Part shown: in pieces, positions 39,259 through 48,549 of the stretch
How the letters are laid out: every line of letters starts with the position of its first letter
Numbering within the stretch: position 1 is the first letter of the stretch
Sequence record: ON528743
Length of the DNA stretch: 64,000 nt
DNA from: Shigella phage ESh33
Direction: 5' to 3' (one strand)
The notes under the pieces: generated by a model
The model's database searches: none
Told to the model about the DNA's origin: nothing
Seen by the model: only the letters and a program-made list of their open reading frames with translations
Made by a program: the position numbers and the translations under genes

Positions 39259-39675
39259 ATGACTCGTATTAATTTGACTTTAGTATCTGAACTTGCTGAT
39301 CAGCATTTAATCGCAGAATACCGTGAATTGCCGCGTGTTTTTGGTATAGTTCGTAAACACTTGGCAAATGGTAAGCGGGTTAAAGATTTTAAAATATCTT
39401 CCGAGTTTATTTTAGGTTCTGGTCATGTTACGTTCTTTTACGATAAGTTAGAATTTTTGCGAAAGCGTCAATCAGACATTATAACGGAATGCTTAAAACG
39501 TGGGTTTAGTATAAAAGATACTGAAGTTCCTGACATCAGTGATATTCCAGCAGAATGGAAAAATGATTATAATCCATGCAAATCAGCTATTAAATTGAGT
39601 CAACAACGACTCGATGAAAAAATTTTAATGAAGCCACACTGGTACAAGTATTACGGCAAAAATATTTACATTTAA
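39259..39675 (+). CDS. denV: endonuclease V (pyrimidine-dimer DNA glycosylase)
   Basis: 138 aa; [29 protein letters not shown] matches T4 DenV. Confidence 0.92.
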   Translation: MTRINLTLVSELADQHLIAEYRELPRVFGIVRKHLANGKRVKDFKISSEFILGSGHVTFFYDKLEFLRKRQSDIITECLKRGFSIKDTEVPDISDIPAEWKNDYNPCKSAIKLSQQRLDEKILMKPHWYKYYGKNIYI

Positions 39676-39684
39676 AGGAAACAT

Positions 39685-40002
39685 ATGAAAACGTATAAAG
39701 AATTTATTGCAGAATCTGCCGCAGGACAACGTGTAGAAGGCGGTTATATCTGGATTGAACAAGTTGAGCCGCCAAGTCGCACTTCTACAGGTAAATGGAA
39801 AATCACTGTTGATGGTCCTGGCGGTAAACGTAGGACTCTTAAAGAAATTAACGGGTACTATGAAGAAGCTCTTTCTGACGCGGGTACTTATATGATGCAA
39901 ATCATGATTAAAAACCCAGAAAATCGTTTTGCGGCTAGAGTTTTCCGCCGTATTGGAAATAAGCTTTATGATGCATATTCTAAAAACTTCCCTAAAGAAT
40001 AA
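39685..40002 (+). CDS. internal protein (IPII/IPIII family), 105 aa
   Basis: N-terminal capsid targeting sequence MKTYKEFIAE; which T4 IP it corresponds to is not resolved. Confidence 0.7.
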   Translation: MKTYKEFIAESAAGQRVEGGYIWIEQVEPPSRTSTGKWKITVDGPGGKRRTLKEINGYYEEALSDAGTYMMQIMIKNPENRFAARVFRRIGNKLYDAYSKNFPKE

Positions 40003-40018
40003 AAATTAAAGGAAACAC

Positions 40019-40492
40019 ATGAAAACATATCAAGAATTTATTACTGAAGCAGCTATTAATTCTCAAATTATTGCTGAATCTTTTACTGATCTTTTGAAAT
40101 TTAAAAAAGGTCAAAAAATCACTGCTGTATTGGATGATGGTACAGAAGTTGAGATGGATGTACAAGGATATAATTATGCAGTAGATGGAAAACTGTATAA
40201 TAAATCTCATGCTAAATTTGATTCATTTGACGACTTTGTTAATGCAGTTGAAGATGAAAAAACTCGTCGATCCATTGCAACTGGTGATGCTAAGGTTCTT
40301 ATGGCACATGGTCATGAACGCATTCGCGCTAAACAGAATAAAATGGGTGAAGATAATTTTGCATTAGTTGGTTATCAATCTGGTAAACAAACTTATGGTT
40401 ATCAGCGTACTGCTACCATGTATAACAAAAATGGTAAAATCGCTTTCGTGAATAGTAAAGGTTCTGTTCAGTACGTCAAATCATTCAAATAA
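40019..40492 (+). CDS. internal protein (IPII/IPIII family), 157 aa
   Basis: N-terminal capsid targeting sequence MKTYQEFITEAAINSQIIAE. Confidence 0.7.
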   Translation: MKTYQEFITEAAINSQIIAESFTDLLKFKKGQKITAVLDDGTEVEMDVQGYNYAVDGKLYNKSHAKFDSFDDFVNAVEDEKTRRSIATGDAKVLMAHGHERIRAKQNKMGEDNFALVGYQSGKQTYGYQRTATMYNKNGKIAFVNSKGSVQYVKSFK

Positions 40493-40645
40493 GCAAATAA
40501 GAAATATGGGAACAAGCTGGACCTCATGATTCTATGAGGGATTCCCGCCAACCTGTAATAAGGTCGAGCCCAAGTGCGGTAATGGGTAAATACAGAAATG
40601 GACAATTCATGCGCCACGGAATGGCCCAAACTTAGAGAGAATAAA

Positions 40646-41185
40646 ATGAGAACATTTTTAACTGGTCCTTATCTATCCCTGATGAATGCTTTTACACACC
40701 ATTCTGATGCTAGAGTAGAAGAAATTTGTAAGAATGATTATCTTCCACCAATGGAAGATATGCTCAAACAGTACTGCACACTTCGATTAGATGGTGGACG
40801 TCAATCCGGTAAATCAATTGCTGTGACTAACTTTGCTGCTAATTGGCTGTATGATGGTGGAACAGTTATTGTTCTTTCTAATACTTCAGCTTACGCTAAA
40901 ATTTCTGCAGGCCACATTAAAAAAGAATTTTCTCGTTATTCTAGCGATGATATTCGATTCCGTTTATTTACCGATTCTGTCCGTAGTTTTATCGGTAATA
41001 AAGGAAGCAAGTTCAGAGGTTTATCGCTTTCGCGGATTTTGTATATAATCGATGAGCCTGTTAAATCTCCTGATATGGATAAAATTTACGATATTCATAT
41101 TGAAACTGTGCAACACTGCTGCAATAGTAAATGTTGCATTGGTGGTATTACTCGTCCACAGTTTTTCATAATCGGAATGCAATGA
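40646..41185 (+). CDS. P-loop NTPase-like protein, 179 aa
   Basis: Walker A-like GGRQSGKS and Walker B-like ILYIIDEP; ATG 40646 after RBS GAGAGA (alternative start 40598). Confidence 0.5.
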   Translation: MRTFLTGPYLSLMNAFTHHSDARVEEICKNDYLPPMEDMLKQYCTLRLDGGRQSGKSIAVTNFAANWLYDGGTVIVLSNTSAYAKISAGHIKKEFSRYSSDDIRFRLFTDSVRSFIGNKGSKFRGLSLSRILYIIDEPVKSPDMDKIYDIHIETVQHCCNSKCCIGGITRPQFFIIGMQ

Positions 41186-41511
41186 TGACAGACACGCAGC
41201 TTTTCGAATATCTTTATTTTTCGCCAAAAACTATTAAAAATAAATTGGTGAATCATTTTGAAATTTTGGCAAATAACAACGTCTTGAGCGAATTTTATCC
41301 TAAGCAATACAAATTACAAAAAGGTGTATTCAAAGGATGCAGAGTTTTGTGCACTGCTCCTAACGCGCAGTTAATGAATAAAATTCCATATTTTACCATG
41401 GAATTTATTGATGGACCTTTTAAAGGACTAATCACCCAAAGTTTAATGGCATATGATTCTGAGCCATTTTTAATTAAAGAACAATCTTGGATAAATTTAT
41501 TTTCTAATTGA
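41182..41511 (+). CDS. hypothetical protein, 109 aa
   Basis: ATGATGA stop/start overlap with previous gene. Confidence 0.5.
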   Translation: MMTDTQLFEYLYFSPKTIKNKLVNHFEILANNNVLSEFYPKQYKLQKGVFKGCRVLCTAPNAQLMNKIPYFTMEFIDGPFKGLITQSLMAYDSEPFLIKEQSWINLFSN

Positions 41512-41518
41512 GGTTTAT

Positions 41519-41881
41519 ATGAAAGCATATCAAATTCTTGAAGGCACGCATAAAGGTACTATTTATTTTGAAGATGGTATTCAAGCACGAATTATTGTCT
41601 CTAAAACCTTTAAAGAGGACTCTTTTGTAGACCCAGAAATTTTCTATGGTTTGCATGCCCGTGAAATTGAAATTGAGCAACAGCCTACAGTTAAAATTGA
41701 AGGTGGTCAACACCTGAACGTTAACGTTCTGCGTCGCGAAACTCTGGAAGATGCAGTTAAGCATCCGGAAAAATATCCGCAGCTGACCATCCGTGTATCA
41801 GGTTATGCAGTTCGCTTTAACTCTCTGACTCCGGAACAGCAGCGCGACGTTATCGCTCGTACCTTCACCGAGAGTTTGTAA
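41519..41881 (+). CDS. autonomous glycyl radical cofactor (GrcA/YfiD-like; T4 Y06I-type)
   Basis: C-terminal glycyl radical motif [27 protein letters not shown]. Confidence 0.8.
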   Translation: MKAYQILEGTHKGTIYFEDGIQARIIVSKTFKEDSFVDPEIFYGLHAREIEIEQQPTVKIEGGQHLNVNVLRRETLEDAVKHPEKYPQLTIRVSGYAVRFNSLTPEQQRDVIARTFTESL

Positions 41882-42102
41882 TGGCAAAGATAATTATTGA
41901 AGGTTCTAAAGATGTGCTAAATGCTTTCGCCGAGTGGTTTAGTAATTCAGGCGAACAGCAATTTAATGAAGCCTGGAATATGGGTGATATTGATGGAATT
42001 TATCCTACGACAGAAATTTCTGTTCAAGGATATGGCATTCATGAACCTATTCGTTTAGTTGAATATGATTTATGCACTGGTGAGGAAGTCAAATATGATT
42101 GA
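41881..42102 (+). CDS. hypothetical protein, 73 aa
   Basis: ATG overlapping previous stop. Confidence 0.45.
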   Translation: MAKIIIEGSKDVLNAFAEWFSNSGEQQFNEAWNMGDIDGIYPTTEISVQGYGIHEPIRLVEYDLCTGEEVKYD

Positions 42103-42361
42103 AGATATTAAAGGTTATAAGCCGCATACCGACGAAAAAATCGGTAAAGTAAATGCTATTAAAGACGCTGAAGTTCGTTTAGGACTTATCTTTGATGCTT
42201 TATACGATGAATTTTGGGAAGCATTTGATAGCTGTGAAGATGATGAACTCGCGAAGAATTACGCCGAAAGCCTCGATCAGTTAACTATTGCTAAAACGAA
42301 ACTCAAAGAAGCCAGTATGTGGGCTTGCCGTGCTGTGTTCAAACCAGAGGAAAAATACTAA
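42095..42361 (+). CDS. hypothetical protein, 88 aa
   Basis: ATG 42095 after RBS GAGGAAG. Confidence 0.45.
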   Translation: MIEDIKGYKPHTDEKIGKVNAIKDAEVRLGLIFDALYDEFWEAFDSCEDDELAKNYAESLDQLTIAKTKLKEASMWACRAVFKPEEKY

Positions 42362-42639
42362 TGGCTCAATTAAGCGCAGGGTTTGGTTATGAGTATTATA
42401 CTGCACCTCGTCGTGTATCTGCCGCTCCTAAGAAAATTCAAAGTCTTGATGACTTCCAGGAAGTAGTCCGTAAAGCTTTCCAGGACTATGCACGCTATCT
42501 TAAAGAAGATTCACAGGACTGTCTCGAAGAAGATGAAATTGCTTACTATGAACAGCGTCTTGAACAGCTTAAAAACTTACATGAGGTTCGTGCAGAAGTT
42601 TCAAAGTCTATGAATAAATTGATTAGATTTAAAGAATAA
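42361..42639 (+). CDS. hypothetical protein, 92 aa
   Basis: ATG 42361 ([13 protein letters not shown]). Confidence 0.45.
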   Translation: MAQLSAGFGYEYYTAPRRVSAAPKKIQSLDDFQEVVRKAFQDYARYLKEDSQDCLEEDEIAYYEQRLEQLKNLHEVRAEVSKSMNKLIRFKE

Positions 42640-42641
42640 CT

Positions 42642-42671
42642 GTTTACTTTTCCTCTTGACTGTGGTATAAT
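42642..42671 (+). promoter_or_regulatory. early promoter (GTTTAC N18 TATAAT) upstream of regB
   Basis: GTTTAC 42642-42647; TGTGG TATAAT 42666-42671. Confidence 0.55.
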
Positions 42672-42698
42672 TTTTCTATCAGTTAAGAGGAGAATAAC

Positions 42699-43160
42699 AT
42701 GACTATCAATACAGAAGTTTTTATCCGTCGAAATAAGCTTCGTCGTCACTTTGAGTCGGAGTTTCGTCAAATTAACAATGAGATTCGTGAGGCATCAAAA
42801 GCAGCAGGGGTCTCATCGTTTCATCTAAAATATTCTCAGCATCTTCTTGATCGTGCAATTCAACGGGAGATTGATGAGACATATGTTTTTGAATTATTCC
42901 ACAAAATAAAAGACCATGTTTTAGAAGTTAATGAATTCCTGAGTATGCCTCCGCGTCCTGACATTGACGAGGATTTTATTGATGGGGTTGAATACCGTCC
43001 TGGACGTTTAGAAATCACAGATGGAAATCTTTGGCTTGGATTTACAGTTTGTAAACCTAATGCGAAGTTCAAAGACCCGTCACTTCAATGTAGGATGGCA
43101 ATTATTAACAGTCGTCGTTTACCAGGAAAGGCTTCTAAAGCAGTAATTAAAACTCAATGA
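42699..43160 (+). CDS. regB: RegB site-specific endoribonuclease
   Basis: 153 aa; MTINTEVFIRRNKLRRHFESEFRQINNEIREASKAAG matches T4 RegB. Confidence 0.92.
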   Translation: MTINTEVFIRRNKLRRHFESEFRQINNEIREASKAAGVSSFHLKYSQHLLDRAIQREIDETYVFELFHKIKDHVLEVNEFLSMPPRPDIDEDFIDGVEYRPGRLEITDGNLWLGFTVCKPNAKFKDPSLQCRMAIINSRRLPGKASKAVIKTQ

Positions 43161-43167
43161 GGTAAGC

Positions 43168-43713
43168 ATGAGAAAAGCACTACTCGCTGGTCTATTGGCC
43201 ATTTCAATGATGGCACATAGCTCCGAGCATACTTTCAGTAATGTCCAACTCGATAACATGCGTTACGCGTATCAATTCGGGGAACAGTTTTCTAAGGATG
43301 GAAAATATAAAACACACAAAAATATCCACAAGAGCGGATTAGGTCATATAATGGCTGCTATTTTATGGCAAGAAAGCTCTGGCGGAGTTAATTTAAAATC
43401 TAAACCAAAGCATCACGCCTACGGAATGTTCCAAAATTATTTGCCTACTATGCGAGCAAGAGTTAAGGAACTTGGTTATAATATGACCGATGCTGAAATA
43501 AAAAGAATGTTGAATAAACGGTCCAATTCAGCTTCCTGGGCGTACATTGAACTTTCTTATTGGTTAAATATACATAAGGGCGATATAAGAAAAGCAATAT
43601 CCTCTTATAATTCGGGATGGAATGTTAAAGCTGGTTCTAAATATGCTTCTGAAGTCCTAGAAAAGGCTAATTACCTTAAAAATAATAAACTTTTGGAAAT
43701 AGTAAATGACTAA
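43168..43713 (+). CDS. secreted lysozyme-like/lytic transglycosylase-like protein, 181 aa
   Basis: N-terminal signal peptide MRKALLAGLLAISMMAHS; ILWQESSGG resembles the catalytic Glu-Ser region of SLT/goose-type lysozyme folds. Confidence 0.5.
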   Translation: MRKALLAGLLAISMMAHSSEHTFSNVQLDNMRYAYQFGEQFSKDGKYKTHKNIHKSGLGHIMAAILWQESSGGVNLKSKPKHHAYGMFQNYLPTMRARVKELGYNMTDAEIKRMLNKRSNSASWAYIELSYWLNIHKGDIRKAISSYNSGWNVKAGSKYASEVLEKANYLKNNKLLEIVND

Positions 43714-44053
43714 AATTTTGGTTTTATGTATAGGATTAATTTCATTTTCTGCTTCTGCATCAGCAGATACATCATATACTGAAATTAGAGAATATGTAAA
43801 CCGCACTGCGGCAGATTATTGTGGGAAAAATAAAGCATGCCAAGCTGAATTTGCACAGAAATTAATATATGCATATAAAGACGGAGAAAGAGATAAATCA
43901 AGCAGATACAAAAACGATACATTGTTAAAACGATATGCTAAAAAGTGGAATACCTTAGAATGTTCAGTTGCGGAGGAGAAAGATAAAGCCGCTTGTCATT
44001 CAATGGTTGACCGTTTGGTAGATTCTTATAATCGAGGATTGAGTACTAGATGA
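43706..44053 (+). CDS. secreted/periplasmic protein, 115 aa (T4 vs-region ortholog?)
   Basis: Signal peptide MTKILVLCIGLISFSASASA; four Cys; length equals T4 vs by recall but identity not verified. Confidence 0.5.
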   Translation: MTKILVLCIGLISFSASASADTSYTEIREYVNRTAADYCGKNKACQAEFAQKLIYAYKDGERDKSSRYKNDTLLKRYAKKWNTLECSVAEEKDKAACHSMVDRLVDSYNRGLSTR

Positions 44054-44529
44054 TTGTAAAATATATCAAGGGCGATATTGTCGCCCTCTTTCTTGAAGGT
44101 AATATTATTGCGCATGGGTGTAACTGTTTTCATACAATGGGCAGTGGTGTAGCTGGTCAATTAGCAAGAGCCTATCCCAAAATTTTAGAAATAGATAAAA
44201 CCACTACTGAGTACGGTTCTCGTGATAAATTAGGCGATATGTCTATTGTTTTTAAACATAAACCTAATGGTTTTGGCATATGTTATAACTTGTATACGCA
44301 ATACGAACCAGGTCCTAATCTTGATTATGGTGCTTTAGTAAACTGCATGATAGAATTAAATCTACAGGCAGAAACCCTTTTGTTTAAACCAGTAATTTAT
44401 ATTCCACGCATAGGTTGTGGTATTGCTGGCGGTGATTGGGATAAGGTTTCTAAATTAATTGACATGTTTACTCCTGATATTGATTTAATAGTGGTGGATT
44501 ATGAAAGTACATTACCCACATCCGTTTGA
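44050..44529 (+). CDS. macro domain (ADP-ribose binding/hydrolase) protein, 159 aa
   Basis: Gly-rich macro-domain-like motif IIAHGCNCFHTMGSGVAGQLARAYP and GCGIAGGDW. Confidence 0.6.
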   Translation: MIVKYIKGDIVALFLEGNIIAHGCNCFHTMGSGVAGQLARAYPKILEIDKTTTEYGSRDKLGDMSIVFKHKPNGFGICYNLYTQYEPGPNLDYGALVNCMIELNLQAETLLFKPVIYIPRIGCGIAGGDWDKVSKLIDMFTPDIDLIVVDYESTLPTSV

Positions 44530-44713
44530 TCCTAAAAACAAAGTGGAAATTATTCGTCAATGGGAACGCATTTGTCGTACTAAATGTCCAATTAATAGTC
44601 CACATGATGTAGATAAAGACTACATTGGAACATTCGTTGAATATACCTTTATTGATAAGAAAGGTCGTAAACAACATGTAGAAGAATATTGCTTAAAGGT
44701 TACATGGTTATGA
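44501..44713 (+). CDS. small Cys-containing protein, 70 aa
   Basis: ORF overlapping macro-domain gene 3' end. Confidence 0.4.
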   Translation: MKVHYPHPFDPKNKVEIIRQWERICRTKCPINSPHDVDKDYIGTFVEYTFIDKKGRKQHVEEYCLKVTWL

Positions 44714-44916
44714 GCCAAACTAGTATTCTTAAAAATGCCCACTGTGAAAAGTGTAAGTGGCCGGTTGTTTTTGCTTTATGCAACGATGAAATGGCTTGTG
44801 ATTTCGATTATTGGTGCTATTGTTCTAATAAAGGATGCATCAATCATAAAGGTGAAGGATTTTATTCAGGATTTTATCCTTATCCTGATTTCGTTAAAGA
44901 AGGTAAACCAAAATGA
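44710..44916 (+). CDS. small Cys-rich protein, 68 aa (possible zinc binding)
   Basis: ATGA overlap; CEKCKW...CNDEMACDFDYWCYCSNKGC. Confidence 0.45.
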   Translation: MSQTSILKNAHCEKCKWPVVFALCNDEMACDFDYWCYCSNKGCINHKGEGFYSGFYPYPDFVKEGKPK

Positions 44917-45092
44917 ATAGTTTTGAGTTACAATACGAAGTGTTACGTGAGCTTGATAATTTAATTGAACTCGCTGTTAATAAAGGTTTTGCCATTGGAA
45001 TCGGTCAAAAAGATACTGGTCATTTAACTATGGAAATATTTAAGCAAAAGCGAATTATTTTAAAACTCCTGGAAATTAATATACGAGTCTAA
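44913..45092 (+). CDS. small hypothetical protein, 59 aa
   Basis: ATGA overlap with previous gene; followed by an open +2 frame to 45268 lacking an ATG with RBS. Confidence 0.4.
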   Translation: MNSFELQYEVLRELDNLIELAVNKGFAIGIGQKDTGHLTMEIFKQKRIILKLLEINIRV

Positions 45093-45277
45093 GTAAAGAA
45101 CAAAAAGATAAATTGTTTGAGCTTATCCATGAACTTCTAGATGAGCATACAGAAGCAAACACCTTTTATGATGAATATGGCCCGCTATCTCCCGAACAGC
45201 AGGAAGAATTTGCTGATCGGTTTGATAAGAAAGAAAACGAATTAATAGCTTATGTGAATACGCTTTAAGAAGGTGAT

Positions 45278-45859
45278 ATGGCGAGTTTAATTTTTACTTA
45301 TGCAGCAATGAATGCTGGAAAATCTGCTTCTCTTTTGACTGCTGCACATAATTATAAAGAACGTGGAATGAGTGTATTAGTTCTTAAGCCTGCTATTGAT
45401 ACTCGCGATTCTGTCTGTGAAGTCGTTTCTCGCATTGGAATTAAGCAGGAAGCGAATATTATTACAGATGATATGGATATTTTCGAGTTCTATAAATGGG
45501 CTGAAGCACAAAAAGATATTCATTGCGTATTTGTAGATGAAGCTCAGTTTTTAAAAACTGAACAAGTGCATCAATTGAGCCGAATTGTTGATACATATAA
45601 TGTTCCTGTTATGGCTTATGGATTAAGGACTGATTTCGCTGGAAAATTATTTGAAGGTTCTAAAGAACTTTTAGCGATTGCAGATAAACTTATTGAACTA
45701 AAGGCAGTTTGTCATTGCGGTAAAAAAGCGATTATGACAGCTCGATTAATGGAAGATGGAACACCAGTTAAAGAAGGTAATCAAATCTGTATTGGTGATG
45801 AAATTTATGTTTCTTTGTGTAGAAAACATTGGAATGAATTAACTAAAAAGCTCGGTTAG
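45278..45859 (+). CDS. tk: thymidine kinase
   Basis: 193 aa; P-loop AAMNAGKSASLL; C-terminal zinc ribbon CHCGKK...CRKH; matches T4 Tk. Confidence 0.92.
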   Translation: MASLIFTYAAMNAGKSASLLTAAHNYKERGMSVLVLKPAIDTRDSVCEVVSRIGIKQEANIITDDMDIFEFYKWAEAQKDIHCVFVDEAQFLKTEQVHQLSRIVDTYNVPVMAYGLRTDFAGKLFEGSKELLAIADKLIELKAVCHCGKKAIMTARLMEDGTPVKEGNQICIGDEIYVSLCRKHWNELTKKLG

Positions 45860-45901
45860 TGCAAAAGTTATAAATAGGTTTATCTAACTAAAGGGGTATA
45901 T

Positions 45902-46114
45902 ATGCTACAATTAACTGAAAAGCAACTTCGCAATCTTACTGTGCTTCAATTAGATGAAATTCGTAGGGAAGTTGGAAATATCATTTCAGCTTTGCGTCGA
46001 GAAGTATCACTCAACCAATCTCCGGCAGACTATACTAGATTGCGAAATTTTGAAAAATACCTTGATAAAGTTAAGGCCGTGCATCGGCATAAAGTAAATA
46101 CAGGACAAAAATGA
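45902..46114 (+). CDS. hypothetical protein, 70 aa
   Basis: ORF between tk and rI with RBS AAAGGGGTATATATG. Confidence 0.5.
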
Positions 46115-46126
46115 TAGGAGGCCTTT

Positions 46127-46420
46127 ATGGCCTTAAAAGCAACGGCACTATTTGCCATGCTAGGATTGTCATTTGTTTTATCTCCATCGATTGAAGCGAA
46201 TGTCGATCCTCATTTTGATAAATTTATGGAATCTGGTATTAGGCACGTTTATATGCTTTTTGAAAATAAAAGCGTAGAATCGTCTGAACAATTCTATAGT
46301 TTTATGAGAACGACCTATAAAAATGACCCGTGCTCTTCTGATTTTGAATGTATAGAACGAGGCGCGGAGATGGCACAATCATACGCTAGAATTATGAACA
46401 TTAAATTGGAGACTGAATGA
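46127..46420 (+). CDS. rI: lysis inhibition regulator RI (periplasmic antiholin)
   Basis: 97 aa; MALKATALFAMLGLSFVLSPSIEA signal-anchor; matches recalled T4 RI. Confidence 0.85.
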   Translation: MALKATALFAMLGLSFVLSPSIEANVDPHFDKFMESGIRHVYMLFENKSVESSEQFYSFMRTTYKNDPCSSDFECIERGAEMAQSYARIMNIKLETE

Positions 46421-46803
46421 AATTCAGCGACTTTTCACAAAGTGGAAAACCTTCAAAGGCAGATGAATACTTGGGTTTATTAATGGCTGCACAAGCTTAT
46501 TTTCATTCTGCACATTTTGAAACTAAAAGTTATGCTAGACACAAAGCATACGATTTTATTTTCTCCGAGTTGCCAGATTTGATTGACAAATTTGGTGAGC
46601 AGTATTTGGGGTATTCTGGTAGAAAATACACACCTTCAATTCCAGATGCTAGTAAACTTCCTACCGACACAATTAAAATGATTGATCGCATACTAGACCA
46701 ATCTAACAGCATTTATAAAGAAATGCCTCCAGCCATCCAAAGCACGATAGATGATATTACTGGAATGTTTTACCAAAGTAAGTATCTTCTTTCCCTCGAA
46801 TAA
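46417..46803 (+). CDS. hypothetical protein, 128 aa
   Basis: ATGA overlap with rI; followed by terminator. Confidence 0.5.
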
Positions 46804-46808
46804 CATTA

Positions 46809-46829
46809 GTCTCCTTCGGGAGACTTTTT
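46809..46829 (+). terminator. intrinsic terminator (GTCTCC-TTCG-GGAGAC + TTTTT)
   Basis: Perfect 6-bp stem, TTCG loop, T-run; immediately followed by an early promoter. Confidence 0.7.
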
Positions 46830-46839
46830 CATTTTACCG

Positions 46840-46869
46840 GTTTACTTTTCGTTTGAGCCGTGGTACTAT
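46840..46869 (+). promoter_or_regulatory. early promoter (GTTTAC N18 TACTAT)
   Basis: GTTTAC 46840-46845; TGG TACTAT 46864-46869. Confidence 0.55.
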
Positions 46870-46897
46870 ACAACCATCGGATAAAGAGGAGAACATC

Positions 46898-47086
46898 ATG
46901 AAAATTGAAGCACTTAATCAAGAAGGAAATATCTACGTCATCATTAATGGTGATTTTTTCGTCGACATGGATGAAGTTACTAGTGAAGAACTTGTAGAAC
47001 TTCTTAAGAAACGTTATAATATGTGTGATGAAGTTGCAACTCACATGGCGTGTGCAATATTCTCTCTTTCATATGTGGTGGAATAA
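46898..47086 (+). CDS. small hypothetical protein, 62 aa
   Basis: ATG after RBS AAGAGGAGAA. Confidence 0.45.
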
Positions 47087-47289
47087 TGATTAGTGTAGAG
47101 CAAGCGGATAAAATCAAGGAATTAGTGGCTTCAATTCGTAAAGCAGATGAGGAACTTAGTGACTTTGCTTGGTTTTCGTCAGGCATTGCAAATAAAGGTA
47201 TTGATGAACTTGAAGCTAAAGTTGATAATGCTTTAGAAGCGTTAGATATGTTTCTTGATGAAATTATCGATCATAATACGAGAGTTTAA
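47086..47289 (+). CDS. small hypothetical protein, 67 aa
   Basis: TAATG stop/start overlap (GGTGGAATAATGA). Confidence 0.45.
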   Translation: MISVEQADKIKELVASIRKADEELSDFAWFSSGIANKGIDELEAKVDNALEALDMFLDEIIDHNTRV

Positions 47290-47291
47290 GT

Positions 47292-47486
47292 ATGCTAACA
47301 CGCGAACAGTTTGAAAAAATCATTAAATTAGCACGTGATATTGAAATAGATTCATATCAATTAGCAGTTGAGCATTGTGAAGGATATTCATACGACGGTA
47401 TAGAAGCAGCTAAAAAGGATTTGGATAAATCTAAAGTTAAGTTAGTTCAATATCTTGAAATGATTAGGTGGAATAATGAAAACTGA
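47292..47486 (+). CDS. small hypothetical protein, 64 aa
   Basis: ORF tightly packed. Confidence 0.45.
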   Translation: MLTREQFEKIIKLARDIEIDSYQLAVEHCEGYSYDGIEAAKKDLDKSKVKLVQYLEMIRWNNEN

Positions 47487-47649
47487 AAAGCAGATGTTTT
47501 TAATGAAACTAATTGAAGAATATGCTAATGCAGTTTCTGACTATGAATGTTCTTCTCGGGAAAGAGGTACAGCTTTCGCCAAAGAAGAAATGAAAATCAT
47601 GGTTGATGCTCACACAAAGCTTCAAAATTTTATTGAAAACGTCATTTAA
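47476..47649 (+). CDS. small hypothetical protein, 57 aa
   Basis: ATG within repeated junction GGTGGAATAATGA; overlaps previous gene 3' end. Confidence 0.4.
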   Translation: MKTEKQMFLMKLIEEYANAVSDYECSSRERGTAFAKEEMKIMVDAHTKLQNFIENVI

Positions 47650-47651
47650 TG

Positions 47652-47681
47652 GTTTACAAGTTGGCAAGGTTATGGTATAGT
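47652..47681 (+). promoter_or_regulatory. early promoter (GTTTAC N18 TATAGT)
   Basis: GTTTAC 47652-47657; TGG TATAGT 47676-47681. Confidence 0.5.
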
Positions 47682-47813
47682 AATCTTGTCAACTGTCAAG
47701 GAGAAGAGAATGAAAATTTTGTTTGTTGTGTATGTGGTGATTCAATATAATTACCCAATGTTTACTTATAATCTGGTGAACAACATTATTGATATGATTC
47801 AGAGGAGTATGTA

Positions 47814-47999
47814 ATGACAAGTGAGCAGGCTTTTAAATTAAGAGAATTAATTGAGACGTATAGTAAAGCTGTTCATACATCAACAATTATTGATGAATCA
47901 GCTTTCTCCGGACATGCTAACAAGATTAAATACAAAACTCTTATGGAAGAAGCTAAAGTAAATCTTGATTCTTATATTGAAACTTTAATTGGTAAATAA
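47814..47999 (+). CDS. small hypothetical protein, 61 aa
   Basis: ATG after RBS GAGGAGTATG. Confidence 0.45.
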   Translation: MTSEQAFKLRELIETYSKAVHTSTIIDESAFSGHANKIKYKTLMEEAKVNLDSYIETLIGK

Positions 48000-48000
48000 T

Positions 48001-48543
48001 ATGAAAGCTGTAATTGAAACAACTGATTTGTTCGGTGACCTGGTTATCGAAAAACGTGATAATGTATACGTTCTGACGCAGGAAGACGATAGTATTACTA
48101 TTCTTCCTATGGAACTGGCTGCGATTTTATCTTATGCTCCCTCAGGAGTTACCGGTGTAACTAATATTACAGGCGACCTCCAAGTTCGTTTTTATCGTGG
48201 CCTTTACGGCGGTAATATTGAAACTGAATTTATGTGTCTTTCTATCAACAATTGGGCAACATTCGTTGCCAAGGTGAAAGAATTCTTAGAATCTGAAACA
48301 GTCGAAACACCCGAAAAGGCTAAACTTCAATGGGCTAAAGATCGCGGTGCTAACATTATTAATCCAGTAGCTGCAAACTATACTACGACTTTGGATGTCA
48401 AGACTTCTTATGAAGATGGCGATGTCGTACTTGTTCGCCAAAATGATGATTCTCGAGCACATATTGTCACATTTACCAAAGACGAAGCTATTGCGCTAAA
48501 GACTTATCTTGATTCTGTCATTCTAACTATGATTTCAAAGTGA
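48001..48543 (+). CDS. hypothetical protein, 180 aa (paralog of next gene; internal two-module repeat)
   Basis: ATG 48001; modules NVYVLTQEDDSITILPMELAAI and VRQNDDSRAHIVTFTKDEAIALKTYL. Confidence 0.55.
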   Translation: MKAVIETTDLFGDLVIEKRDNVYVLTQEDDSITILPMELAAILSYAPSGVTGVTNITGDLQVRFYRGLYGGNIETEFMCLSINNWATFVAKVKEFLESETVETPEKAKLQWAKDRGANIINPVAANYTTTLDVKTSYEDGDVVLVRQNDDSRAHIVTFTKDEAIALKTYLDSVILTMISK

Positions 48544-48549
48544 GGAAAT

